Shown here piece by piece: positions 1-9,220 of a stretch of DNA of 64,000 nt (position 1 is its first letter; each line of letters begins with the position of its first letter). The notes under the pieces were generated by a model, which was not told where the DNA came from, made no database searches, and saw only the letters and a program-made list of their open reading frames with translations. The translations under genes were made by a program, and so were the position numbers. Where the stretch lies: NCBI GenBank assembly GCA_035518715.1, contig DATIXJ010000015.1:65445-129444 (forward strand), in the 5' to 3' direction. Origin of the DNA: Bacteroidota bacterium (GTDB lineage: Bacteria; Bacteroidota; Ignavibacteria; UBA10030; SZUA-254).

Positions 1-232
1 AATCGATCGAGCAGGTAGCGTACCCGATTGATGTGATTCATTTCCATGGCAGGGCGGGGTTCATTGGTTTTTTCGGGCTTACCGGCGACTTCGACGGATG
101 GTTCAGTAACGATGCCGCGTGTGTTCCGATTCTGGCAAAAATGAAAATCTTCATCGGCAATATCCGCATCGAGCTGACCGAGTGGAAACGACCCGGGTGG
201 TCTCCGCCAAAATATCCGGAGGAGCCGGAGCG

Positions 233-736
233 ATGATCAAATCGTATCGTTCAGCAGCACCCTCTGTTCATCCGTCTGTCTTTATTGCCGATGGCGCGCA
301 GATTATCGGCGATGTGATGATCGGGAAAGATTCGAGTGTCTGGTTCAATGCTGTTCTTCGCGGAGACATCAATGCGATTCGTATCGGCGAAGGGACGAAT
401 ATCCAGGACGGCTGTATTCTTCATGTCCGGCATGAATTCCCGCTGATCGTCGGATCCCACGTGACCATGGGGCACGGTGTCATTGCGCATGCGTGCACGA
501 TCCACGATCATGTGCTTCTGGGAATGGGTGCCATCATTCTTGATAATGCGGTCGTAAATCCCTATACTCTTGTGGCTGCCGGATCGCTCGTGAAAAATAA
601 TGAGATTATTCCCGAAGGGGTTCTTGTGGCGGGAGTGCCGGCCAGAATAATCCGCAGGCTCACTCCCGAAGAAAGAACTTCGATCGAGGACTCGGCGCGG
701 GGATATATCGGATATGCACGCTCCTATCAATCGTAA
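233..736 (+). CDS. gamma-class carbonic anhydrase-like / hexapeptide-repeat (left-handed beta-helix) protein
   Basis: Internal ATG of ORF 119..736 (MIKSYRS...). Hexapeptide-repeat pattern IGDVMIGKDSSVWFNAVLRGD..IRIGEGTNIQDGCILH typical of the YrdA/PaaY gamma-CA family. The start at 233 was chosen because family members begin about here. Confidence 0.8.
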   Translation: MIKSYRSAAPSVHPSVFIADGAQIIGDVMIGKDSSVWFNAVLRGDINAIRIGEGTNIQDGCILHVRHEFPLIVGSHVTMGHGVIAHACTIHDHVLLGMGAIILDNAVVNPYTLVAAGSLVKNNEIIPEGVLVAGVPARIIRRLTPEERTSIEDSARGYIGYARSYQS

Positions 737-752
737 TGCGGGACAGGCAACG

Positions 753-1649
753 ATGAAAATCCGTTTTTGGGGAACACGGGGATCAATCTCAACCCCCGGT
801 AAAGAGACCGTCCGGTACGGCGGCAATACTCCGTGTGTTGAAGTCCGTCTCCCGAATGATGATCTGATCATTCTTGACGCGGGCACGGGAATCCGGAATC
901 TCGGTGAGGCGCTCATGGAGAGCGGCGAGTCGGTCAAGGCGTATATCTTCGTTACCCATCCGCACTGGGATCATATCCAGGGCTTTCCCTTCTTCAAACC
1001 TGCATTCGTTTCGGGAAACGAGCTCACCATCGTCGGAGGTCAGATGGACAAGATGACCCTCCAGAAAATGATTTCCGATCAGATGAACAAAGTGTACTTC
1101 CCCGTTCAGCTCAATGAACTGAAAGCGACCTTAAAATTTCATCCGATCGAGGAAGAGGAGTTCTCCGTGTACGATGCGAAGGTTCGCTCGATGTACGTCA
1201 ATCATCCGACGTTCGCAATCGGGTTCCGCATCACCTGCGGAGGGAAAACACTCGTCTACATCAGCGATAATGAGCCCTTTGACCGTAAAGTCGCGCGTTC
1301 AATCAGGAATGTGGAGAAAAAGATCATTGACCGTTTTGACCGTACCAGCGGGGATCCGAATCAACGGGTATTCGACTTTGTAAAAAATGCGGACGTGCTC
1401 ATTCACGATACAACCTATACGCCGGAAGAGTATGTCGACCGTGTGGGATGGGGGCATTCCCATTATCTGTTTACTCTAAAAGTGGCTGCGGAGGGAAATG
1501 TCCGGCGTCTCGTTCTCTTTCACCATGATCCTGCCCATGATGATGCGAAGGTGGACGACATCCTGAAAAAATGCAAGAAAGAAATTCAGAATCGCAAATA
1601 TCGGTTTGACTGCGTTGCCGCCTCGGAGGGACTGGTCCTGGAAATCTGA
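753..1649 (+). CDS. MBL-fold metallo-hydrolase
   Basis: Metallo-beta-lactamase motif [10 protein letters not shown] and downstream HD/HH residues. Start [11 protein letters not shown] at the internal ATG 753 of ORF 714..1649. Confidence 0.8.
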   Translation: MKIRFWGTRGSISTPGKETVRYGGNTPCVEVRLPNDDLIILDAGTGIRNLGEALMESGESVKAYIFVTHPHWDHIQGFPFFKPAFVSGNELTIVGGQMDKMTLQKMISDQMNKVYFPVQLNELKATLKFHPIEEEEFSVYDAKVRSMYVNHPTFAIGFRITCGGKTLVYISDNEPFDRKVARSIRNVEKKIIDRFDRTSGDPNQRVFDFVKNADVLIHDTTYTPEEYVDRVGWGHSHYLFTLKVAAEGNVRRLVLFHHDPAHDDAKVDDILKKCKKEIQNRKYRFDCVAASEGLVLEI

Positions 1650-1679
1650 CCGCCAAGAAGCTCCACGAAAAGGGAGTAC

Positions 1680-1708
1680 TTGACATTGAATTGATGGCGG
1701 TTTATATT
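1680..1708 (+). promoter_or_regulatory. sigma70-type promoter upstream of cspA (TTGACA-N17-TATATT)
   Basis: TTGACA at 1680-1685, a 17-nt spacer, TATATT at 1703-1708. This leaves a leader of roughly 70 nt before the csp start codon, as is usual for cold-shock genes. Confidence 0.6.
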
Positions 1709-1783
1709 TGCAAGAGATTCAAATTGAATAGAGCAGATCATGCAATTCAATTCATTGTTCATTACCGTTTAGGAGGGCGCACC

Positions 1784-1993
1784 ATGCCTGTGGGGAAAGT
1801 GAAGTGGTTTGACGGGAAAAAAGGGTATGGATTTATCATACCGCAGGAAGGGCAAGGAGATATCTTTGTCCACTTTTCCGCAATCAAGTCGGAGAGTGAA
1901 TTCAAAACACTGAAGGAAGGAATGCAGGTTGAGTTCGAACTGGCGGAAGGGAAAAAAGGTTTGCAGGCGCTCAATGTGGTGGTCCTCCCCTGA
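1784..1993 (+). CDS. cspA: cold-shock protein (CspA family, CSD)
   Basis: [18 protein letters not shown]...DIFVHFSAI carries the RNP1/RNP2 motifs. AGGAGGG RBS at 1771-1777. Start is the internal ATG of ORF 1691..1993. Confidence 0.95.
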   Translation: MPVGKVKWFDGKKGYGFIIPQEGQGDIFVHFSAIKSESEFKTLKEGMQVEFELAEGKKGLQALNVVVLP

Positions 1994-2019
1994 AGAACTT
2001 GTGTGAGATTGTTGTCCTG

Positions 2020-2054
2020 CCCCGAGAGCATGTCTGACCGCGATCGGGGTTTTT
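2020..2054 (+). terminator. possible rho-independent terminator after cspA
   Basis: CCCCGA (2020-2025) pairs with TCGGGG (2044-2049) and is followed by TTTTT. The loop is large, so confidence is moderate. Confidence 0.45.
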
Positions 2055-2088
2055 GTTCATTACACGGTACATCACGAAAATTGAGGGT

Positions 2089-2550
2089 ATGTCTTTTTCC
2101 TTTAAGAAGGAAGATTTCAGGAAGCTGAGCAAGGTTCTCGGCGTTCCCGCAAAACAACGGGGGAACAATATCCGCTTTGAGCTCGAAGGAAAGGCGAATC
2201 AGCGCAAGCTCTCTCTTGAAATCTATCCGGGTATCACCATCGGTAGCAGGCATGGCAACCTGGTAAGTGTGTATACGCCGAACGCGCATCTGCAGCTCCA
2301 CTTTTGTTCGGGCTTTGTGGTCAGCGAGGTTCTCCACGAGGTAACATTTGTCGGAGAATCAAACGGGAAATTGTGCGGGCTGATCATCGAGAAAGAGGGC
2401 GGCTGCTCTCTCTATGCGAATGTCGACAGCGATATTCTCTCGGGAGATTTTACGCGTCTCGGTCCGGAAGTGATGCTTTCCGGCATTGCCCTGTCGCTGA
2501 CCGAGCCGCTCCTCCCGTCACGAAAAACCGCGGGGAAACGGAAACGGTGA
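2089..2550 (+). CDS. hypothetical protein, translationally coupled to ybeY
   Basis: ORF 2053..2550 with a likely ATG at 2089 (MSFSFKKEDF...). Its stop TGA (2548-2550) overlaps the ybeY ATG (2550). No motif recognised. Confidence 0.55.
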   Translation: MSFSFKKEDFRKLSKVLGVPAKQRGNNIRFELEGKANQRKLSLEIYPGITIGSRHGNLVSVYTPNAHLQLHFCSGFVVSEVLHEVTFVGESNGKLCGLIIEKEGGCSLYANVDSDILSGDFTRLGPEVMLSGIALSLTEPLLPSRKTAGKRKR

Positions 2551-2975
2551 TGCACGCAGTCCAGGTGTTCAACACACACTCCCGATATCGCCCCCGTCAT
2601 GCCGCCACTATCGCTCTTGTACGGAAAGTCCTCCGCGGCGAAAAAATATCCAGCGCAGCACTGAACATCGTTTTCGTACCGGATAAGACGATGCGCGGAC
2701 TGAATGGAACGTTCCTCGGTCATTGGCATGTTACGGATGTGTTGAGCTTCCCGCTGAGCGAACAACGCCAACAGCTCGAAGGGGAAGTCTATGTGAACCT
2801 CGATCAGGCGGCGCGGCAGGCGCGCACATACGGGGTTACCGCGGCAGAGGAACGCTCGCGTCTCATCATCCACGGCGTTCTCCACCTGGCGGGATATGAT
2901 GATGCCCGGCCGGCTCAACGGAAACGCATGCGGAGACGGGAAGACCACTATCTTAACATCGAACAGAAGAAATAA
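2550..2975 (+). CDS. ybeY: rRNA maturation endoribonuclease YbeY
   Basis: Zinc-binding motif HGVLHLAGYDD near the C-terminus and a size of about 141 aa. Start is the internal ATG (MHAVQVFN...) of ORF 2304..2975. Confidence 0.9.
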   Translation: MHAVQVFNTHSRYRPRHAATIALVRKVLRGEKISSAALNIVFVPDKTMRGLNGTFLGHWHVTDVLSFPLSEQRQQLEGEVYVNLDQAARQARTYGVTAAEERSRLIIHGVLHLAGYDDARPAQRKRMRRREDHYLNIEQKK

Positions 2976-3047
2976 TGGCTTGATGATGGATGAACAACGA
3001 ACGGAAATGGTGAAACGGACAGCAATGGAAAGCGAGAACGTATAAGT

Positions 3048-5369
3048 ATGGCGAAATCTCTCCTGGTCGTGGAATCCCCGGCGAAAGCCAAGACCATTAA
3101 TAAATATCTGGGGAAGGATTTTATCGTCCATGCGTCAGTCGGACATATCAAAAACCTTCCCAAGAGTACGCTTGGCGTGGATGTCGATGCGGGATATGAG
3201 GCGACATTCGAAACAATCCAGGGGAAGGAAGAGGTCATCCGAAACCTCAAGGATGCCGCAAAGAGTGCCAGTGAGGTCTATATTGCGACTGACCCTGACC
3301 GCGAAGGTGAAGCGATTGCACAGGACATTGCCGAAGAATTGGGCGATGATGCGAAGAAGATCTACCGTGTGCTTTTTCACGAAATAACCGAGAGCGGCAT
3401 TGCGGAAGCTATGGAAAAGCCGATGCAGATCGATGAGAACCTTGTGGCAAGCCAGCGGGCACGCCGCGTCATGGATCGCATAGTCGGCTACAAAGTTTCT
3501 CCGTTCGTCTGGAAGACGATGTTTTACGGGTTGTCCGCCGGACGTGTCCAGTCGGTTGCACTGCGGCTGATCTGCGAACGTGAGGTGCAGATCAATTCGT
3601 TCGTCCCGACCGAATATTGGTCGATCATCGGTGAGTTTAAAACGGGAAATTACGACCCATTCTATGCCAAGCTTTTCCGGGTCGACGGGAAAGATCTCAT
3701 CGTTCCATCGAAAGATACGCTGACGGAAATCGAACATAAAGGAACACGCGACAAGTTCACGTATATTCCTTCGGAAGATGAAGCGAACAAATACATTGAG
3801 CAGATCAAGAAGGAAAATTTTGTCATCGGAAGCGTCTCGAAACGGGAATCCCGGCGCAATCCGCTTCCACCGTTCATAACGAGTACGCTCCAGCAGGAAG
3901 CATCCCGGAAGCTCTACCTCTCGGCCACGCGCACCATGAAGCTTGCACAGAAACTCTACGAGGGTGTGGAGATCGGGAGTGAAGGATCGGTCGGATTGAT
4001 TACCTATATGCGAACCGATTCAACACGCCTAAGCGATGACGCCGTTGCCTCCATACGGGAGTATATAATCGGGAATTACGGCAAGGAGTATCTCCCGAAA
4101 CATCCCAATGTTTACAAGAAAAAGAAGACTTCGCAGGACGCACACGAAGCCATCCGCCCCACATCAATAAAGCATAGCCCTGCTGCTGTGAAGAAATATC
4201 TGGATAAGGATGCCTTCCGGTTATACGAACTCATCTGGAACAGATTTGTGGCATGCCAGATGGAGGCGGCGGTCATGGAGACGACGACGGTTATCCTGGA
4301 AGGCGGGGTGTTTCAATTCAAGGCGACTGCATCGCAGTATACGTTCAGGGGCTTCCTGCAGGTTTACGACGACTCCGCTGCCGATGATAACGGAAAAGAC
4401 GAAGATGAGGAGGTTGCCGAAGAGAAAATCCCGGCGAATCTCGTTGCGAGGCAGTCCTCGAAGCTCCAGTCTATTGTCTCACACCGCCACGAGACGTCCC
4501 CGCCCCCGCGCTATTCCGAGAGCAGCCTCGTCAAAGCGCTTGAGGCGCTCGGGATCGGCCGTCCGAGTACGTATGCGCTCATTGTCGGAACGATCATCGA
4601 CCGGAAATATGTCGAGCAGCGTGACCGAAAGCTGTATGCTTTGCAGCTTGGGATGGAAGTCAACAAACTTCTGACAGCAAATTTCCCGCACATCTTCAAC
4701 GTGCGGTTTACCGCCAAGATGGAAGAAGAGCTCGATACGATAGCTTCGGGGAAGAACAACTACCGGTCGGTCCTGGACGACTTCTATCTGCCGTTTCATG
4801 AATCGCTGGATCGGGCATCGAAGAAAGCCACGGCGATCAAGAAATCGCTTCAGAAAGAGACGGACGAGAAGTGCGAGATCTGCGGCAAGCCGATGATCAT
4901 CAAGTGGGGGCGCAACGGACAATTCATGGCGTGCAGCGGATATCCCTCCTGCAAAAACACCAAACCGCTCCCGGAAGACGCGGAAAAGACACGTCATCTC
5001 GCCGGCCTGAAGTGTGAACTCTGCGGCGGTGAAATGCTCGTGCGATCAAGTAAGTTCGGGACATTCCTCGGGTGCTCCAATTACCCGAAGTGCAAGAATA
5101 CGAAGCCGATTTCGATGGGAATCAAATGTCCCAAGTGCAAGGAAGGGGACCTCATCGAACGGAAGACGAGAAGGAAGCGGACTTTTTACGGCTGCTCGAG
5201 ATATCCGGAGTGCGACTTTGCATCATGGGATAAGCCCACGGCGATCCCCTGCGACACGTGCGGTTCGCCGTATATGGTCGAAAAATATTCTCAGAAACGC
5301 GGAACATATCTGAAATGCCCGCAGTGTAAGGCGGAAGTCGAAAAGGTCGAACAAGTCGCTGCGGGTTAA
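3048..5369 (+). CDS. topA: DNA topoisomerase I with four C-terminal zinc ribbons
   Basis: Toprim N-terminus LLVVESPAKAKTINKYLG, active-site region GLITYMRTDS, and four CxxC...CxxC ribbons (e.g. CEICGKPM...CSGYPSCKNTK). Confidence 0.97.
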   Translation: MAKSLLVVESPAKAKTINKYLGKDFIVHASVGHIKNLPKSTLGVDVDAGYEATFETIQGKEEVIRNLKDAAKSASEVYIATDPDREGEAIAQDIAEELGDDAKKIYRVLFHEITESGIAEAMEKPMQIDENLVASQRARRVMDRIVGYKVSPFVWKTMFYGLSAGRVQSVALRLICEREVQINSFVPTEYWSIIGEFKTGNYDPFYAKLFRVDGKDLIVPSKDTLTEIEHKGTRDKFTYIPSEDEANKYIEQIKKENFVIGSVSKRESRRNPLPPFITSTLQQEASRKLYLSATRTMKLAQKLYEGVEIGSEGSVGLITYMRTDSTRLSDDAVASIREYIIGNYGKEYLPKHPNVYKKKKTSQDAHEAIRPTSIKHSPAAVKKYLDKDAFRLYELIWNRFVACQMEAAVMETTTVILEGGVFQFKATASQYTFRGFLQVYDDSAADDNGKDEDEEVAEEKIPANLVARQSSKLQSIVSHRHETSPPPRYSESSLVKALEALGIGRPSTYALIVGTIIDRKYVEQRDRKLYALQLGMEVNKLLTANFPHIFNVRFTAKMEEELDTIASGKNNYRSVLDDFYLPFHESLDRASKKATAIKKSLQKETDEKCEICGKPMIIKWGRNGQFMACSGYPSCKNTKPLPEDAEKTRHLAGLKCELCGGEMLVRSSKFGTFLGCSNYPKCKNTKPISMGIKCPKCKEGDLIERKTRRKRTFYGCSRYPECDFASWDKPTAIPCDTCGSPYMVEKYSQKRGTYLKCPQCKAEVEKVEQVAAG

Positions 5370-5381
5370 GTTCGGCAGGTC

Positions 5382-6287
5382 ATGACGAATTACGTTTCAC
5401 CATATATCGACTACCTTGCACGGGAACGAAATTACTCCGAGCACACCACAGCCGCCTATGCCGAGGATCTGCGTCAGTTTCTCGACTTTCTCAAGCGTCA
5501 CTTTGCGGGAACGCCGTGGACGCTCAAGAGTATCGATCATCTGACCATCCGGCTGTTTCTCGGCGATCTCCTTGAGCAGGGGCTCGGAACGAGGAGCGTT
5601 GCCCGGAAACTCGCCGCCATCCGCTCGTGGATGAAATTCCTTGTGAAGAAAAATGTTCTTCGCACCAATCCTGCGCTCAATGTCGTCACACCGAAACTCC
5701 CGAAGAAGCTCCCCGTATTTCTCGACGAATCGTCTGTCGAGACGATGATGAATCTGCCCGATCTCAGCACTCCGTTGGGATGCCGGGACAGGGCAATCCT
5801 GGAGCTTCTCTATGGAACGGGAATCCGATTAAGTGAGCTGATCCAGCTCGACCTCGGCGATGTCGATTTTGCGGGTGAGACGGTGAAGGTTCTGGGTAAG
5901 GGACGAAAACAACGAATTGTTCCCCTCGGGAGAAAAGCCGCTGAAGCGATGTCCGGTTATCTGAAAATGCGGGAGGTGCTTTTCACGGATACGACACAGG
6001 CCGACGACCGCAAAGCGATCTTTCTTTCAGTGCATGGGCGTCGTATATATCCGAAGGGAGTTTATGAGGTCGTCCGCAATGCGATCGCCGCCGTTTCCGA
6101 GATTGAGAAAAAGAGTCCGCATGTTCTGCGGCATACCTTTGCAACACATCTCCTCAACCGGGGAGCAGACCTCCGGGCTGTCAAGGAGCTCCTCGGCCAC
6201 GAAAGCTTATCCACGACGCAACTCTATACCCATGTAACAGTCGATCGCCTCAAGCGTATCTATAATCAGGCGCATCCCAAGGCATAA
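5382..6287 (+). CDS. xerC: site-specific tyrosine recombinase XerC/XerD family
   Basis: N-terminal SAM-like domain. Catalytic motifs TGIRLSEL, HVLRHTFATHLL and LGHESLSTTQLYTHV. Housekeeping neighbours on both sides. Confidence 0.9.
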   Translation: MTNYVSPYIDYLARERNYSEHTTAAYAEDLRQFLDFLKRHFAGTPWTLKSIDHLTIRLFLGDLLEQGLGTRSVARKLAAIRSWMKFLVKKNVLRTNPALNVVTPKLPKKLPVFLDESSVETMMNLPDLSTPLGCRDRAILELLYGTGIRLSELIQLDLGDVDFAGETVKVLGKGRKQRIVPLGRKAAEAMSGYLKMREVLFTDTTQADDRKAIFLSVHGRRIYPKGVYEVVRNAIAAVSEIEKKSPHVLRHTFATHLLNRGADLRAVKELLGHESLSTTQLYTHVTVDRLKRIYNQAHPKA

Positions 6288-6307
6288 CTTATTTTGAGAG
6301 GAAGAGT

Positions 6308-6670
6308 ATGGACATCCATTTTACGGCGAGAAAATTCAAGGCAAGAGATTCGATCAGGGAACACGCAGTCTCCTCTGTCAAGAAGCTCGACAAATTTTAC
6401 GACGGGATCGTCCGGGGGGACATCATCCTGAGCTTCGAACGGTCCACCAACAGCTTAAAAACCGCGGAAATCAATCTCCACGTGTACGGAACCGTCTTGA
6501 CGGCGACCGAAAAATCCGAAGAATATGCCAAGTCGATCGACCTTGCCGTTGAAAAACTCGAGCGCCAGCTCGCGAAGTATAAGACCAAAGCACGGATGAA
6601 AAACAAGAAGACTCTGCGGCGCGTCAAGGAAAACAAAATATCCCTCCTCAATTCCGGGGAGGAATCATGA
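6308..6670 (+). CDS. hpf: ribosome hibernation promoting factor (short HPF/RaiA type)
   Basis: 120-aa sigma54-modulation/S30EA family pattern (MDIHFTARKF...EKLERQL.KYK). ATGA overlap with hprK. Confidence 0.85.
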   Translation: MDIHFTARKFKARDSIREHAVSSVKKLDKFYDGIVRGDIILSFERSTNSLKTAEINLHVYGTVLTATEKSEEYAKSIDLAVEKLERQLAKYKTKARMKNKKTLRRVKENKISLLNSGEES

Positions 6671-7680
6671 GTATACAACAGGCGAAGGAAACCCGAAAGC
6701 AATCCATCACTGTCGGGTTTCTGCTTGAATCGAATAGGGCACGATTGCGTCTCAACGCGTTGACCGGAGACCTGGGACTCAACAAGGAGCTGAAGGATGG
6801 AAATATTCACCGTCCGGGGCTTGCGCTCGCCGGGTATGTTCAGCTTTTTCGCTACGACCGCGTCCAGGTTTGCGGAAATACGGAGATGCGGTATCTGGAT
6901 CAGCTGAAACCCGAAGAACGGAAGCGTTCAATCGAAACAATCTTCAAGTTCGATGTTCCGTGCGTCATTGTTACCAACAACAATCCGGTCGACGATCTTT
7001 TCCTCAAGATCGCCAAGGATTGCAGTATTCCGGTATTTCAGACTAGTCTGGAAACCACAAAACTCGTCTATATATTGAGCGACTTCCTGGACGATCAGTT
7101 CTCGCCCCAAACGGTGGTTCACGGGTCGTTTGTGGATGTGTACGGAGTGGGGGTGCTGATGACGGGCCGATCCGGCATCGGGAAGAGCGAGATCGCACTG
7201 GATCTGGTAGAACGCGGCCATCGTCTTGTCGCCGATGATGTGGTGATGATTACGCGTAAGGGGGAAGGAATTCTCATGGGAGCCGGGACCGACCTCGTGA
7301 AGCATTTCATGGAAATCAGGGGTTTGGGCCTTATTGATGTGCGGAGCATGTTCGGCATCCGGGCGATTCGGTTTCAAAAACGCGTCGAAATCATCGTAGA
7401 ACTAAAAGAATGGCGTCCCGATGAAGAATATACACGAACCGGGCTTGATGAGGATGGAATTTCAATTATGGGAGTGCAGCTTCCTCATGTGGAATTACCC
7501 ATTTTCCCGGGGAAAAACGTTACAGTGATATGTGAAGTCATCGCACTTAACTATCTGTTGCGGCACTATGGGTATGACGCAGCGAAAGAGTTTACCAAGA
7601 GACTCGATGCGGTAATATCTGAAAAAAGCAAACAGATAGGTGTGCGCGCTATCGATTATTTTGAACACGATTTCGAGTAG
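6667..7680 (+). CDS. hprK: HPr kinase/phosphorylase
   Basis: P-loop GRSGIGKSE, LVADD, and EIRGLGLIDV signature. Full-length form with an N-terminal domain. Confidence 0.92.
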   Translation: MSIQQAKETRKQSITVGFLLESNRARLRLNALTGDLGLNKELKDGNIHRPGLALAGYVQLFRYDRVQVCGNTEMRYLDQLKPEERKRSIETIFKFDVPCVIVTNNNPVDDLFLKIAKDCSIPVFQTSLETTKLVYILSDFLDDQFSPQTVVHGSFVDVYGVGVLMTGRSGIGKSEIALDLVERGHRLVADDVVMITRKGEGILMGAGTDLVKHFMEIRGLGLIDVRSMFGIRAIRFQKRVEIIVELKEWRPDEEYTRTGLDEDGISIMGVQLPHVELPIFPGKNVTVICEVIALNYLLRHYGYDAAKEFTKRLDAVISEKSKQIGVRAIDYFEHDFE

Positions 7681-7808
7681 CTCTATCACATTTTTGAAAA
7701 AATTCCTTGACAAACTGGGGGATTTTTTATATGTTGACGCAACCCTGCCAATACTGGACGGATTAAAGGAATTTTGTCAGGGGGCGGTGAATTTTGTAGA
7801 GATATTGA

Positions 7809-8768
7809 ATGCTCAGGACGAGAAAGACAAAGTCATACTACTGTACAGACCATAATCTCCAGGTTCACGAAATCAAACGGTTTTGGACGAAGCTGGCGAC
7901 GATTATTGTCTCGTCGGTGATAGTTTCTGTTGCCGTCCTTCTCGCAGCAAATCACATCTATTATAATTTTCTCGATCTCGGGTATCACCGGATTCAGAAT
8001 CTCCAGCAGGAAAATCGTATCCTCCAGGATCAGATCGCTTCTTTGAATACTACGGTCAACCAGCTCCAGAAATCGTTGGGGAATGTTGAACAGGAAGGGA
8101 ACAAACTGCGGCTTCTGGTGGACTTGAATCCTGTTGACGAAGATGCAAAGGCAGCGGGAACGGGTGGTGCGGTTTCGATTCCGACGATCCCCGCTCTGCT
8201 GGATAGTGCCAATCCGGTTCTGGCGAATACGATGGATGTATTGACGAGGTTGTCAGGCGAAGTCAGGGTGCAGGAACAAAGCTACGGACAGATATTCAAG
8301 AAGTACGAGTTCAACAAGGCGTACTTTGCAGCTTTGCCGGCCCTGAAGCCGATGGAAGGATATTATTCCCGCACGGGATTCGGGCTCCGGATGCATCCGG
8401 TTCTCGGCATATTCCGGAAGCATGAAGGGTTGGATATTATCAACGATGTCGGTACCCCGGTCTACGCGGCGGGGGACGGCACCGTGGAAATGGCAGAGCA
8501 CAGCGGCGGCGGTTATGGAAACGTTGTCGTCATCAATCACGGTTATGGTTACCAAACGCTTTATGCTCATCTTTCACAGATCCTCGTACGTGAGGGACGG
8601 CATGTCAAGCGCGGTGATCTTATTGCAAAGAGCGGCAAGACTGGCCTTGTCACCGGCCCGCATCTTCACTATGAAGTACGACGTAATGGTGCCTACCAGA
8701 ACCCGATCGATTACTTCCTCGATGACGTCAGTGCACAAGAGTACCAGGAGAAGCTTGCGTCACAGTAG
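7809..8768 (+). CDS. M23 family metallopeptidase (murein DD-endopeptidase-like) with N-terminal TM and coiled coil
   Basis: HEGLDI...GTPVYAAGDG...GYGNVVVINHG...TGPHLHYEV, the LytM/M23 HxxxD and HxH motifs. Confidence 0.9.
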   Translation: MLRTRKTKSYYCTDHNLQVHEIKRFWTKLATIIVSSVIVSVAVLLAANHIYYNFLDLGYHRIQNLQQENRILQDQIASLNTTVNQLQKSLGNVEQEGNKLRLLVDLNPVDEDAKAAGTGGAVSIPTIPALLDSANPVLANTMDVLTRLSGEVRVQEQSYGQIFKKYEFNKAYFAALPALKPMEGYYSRTGFGLRMHPVLGIFRKHEGLDIINDVGTPVYAAGDGTVEMAEHSGGGYGNVVVINHGYGYQTLYAHLSQILVREGRHVKRGDLIAKSGKTGLVTGPHLHYEVRRNGAYQNPIDYFLDDVSAQEYQEKLASQ

Positions 8769-8845
8769 CCCTCTCGGCGAACTTTTCTCTGCAAACATCT
8801 GTTATTGGCATTGAAGCGGAAAACGATTTTGAGGAGCGAAGTTGT

Positions 8846-9070
8846 ATGATTTGGACGATGGAGCTTGCATCGTATCTCGATGAAGCACCGTGGCCGGCAA
8901 CAAAGGAAGAGCTTATTGACTATGCAATCCGCACCGGCGCCCCGAACGAGGTGATCGAAAACCTTCAGGAGTTGGAGGATGCGGATGAACCGTACGAAAG
9001 TATGGAGGAAATCTGGCCGGACTATCCGACCGATGGGGATTTCTTCTATGAGGATGAGAACGAGTACTAA
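8846..9070 (+). CDS. DUF2795-like small acidic protein
   Basis: ELASYLDEAPWPATKEELIDYAIRTGAPNEVIENLQEL matches my memory of the DUF2795 pattern. Followed by a strong terminator. Confidence 0.6.
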   Translation: MIWTMELASYLDEAPWPATKEELIDYAIRTGAPNEVIENLQELEDADEPYESMEEIWPDYPTDGDFFYEDENEY

Positions 9071-9145
9071 TCGCGCCTCTTGTGCATTCTAACGAACCCG
9101 GGAAGGTGGCGTGAAGAAATCCAGAGGGTGACCTTTTCTGTAATG

Positions 9146-9181
9146 AAACCCATCCAACGTATCGAACGGATGGGTTTTTTG
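9146..9181 (+). terminator. rho-independent terminator
   Basis: AAACCCATCC (9146-9155) pairs with GGATGGGTTT (9168-9177) and is followed by a T-run. Confidence 0.8.
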
Positions 9182-9220
9182 TTGCTTCCGACGGAAACCT
9201 GAATTACACTTGGTATCGGA

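Noticed and set aside
1-232. Possible gene fragment at the left edge: a minus-strand ATG at 47-45 reading out of the window, and the plus-strand ORF 33-236.
   Set aside because: Only about 15 codons of the minus-strand candidate are visible, and the plus-strand ORF has no motif and overlaps the gamma-CA upstream region. The evidence is insufficient.
5382-6287. The tyrosine recombinase as a marker of a mobile element.
   Set aside because: It has full XerC/XerD-type motifs and length, sits between topA and hpf/hprK, and is not flanked by repeats or cargo genes. This is consistent with the chromosome-dimer resolvase.
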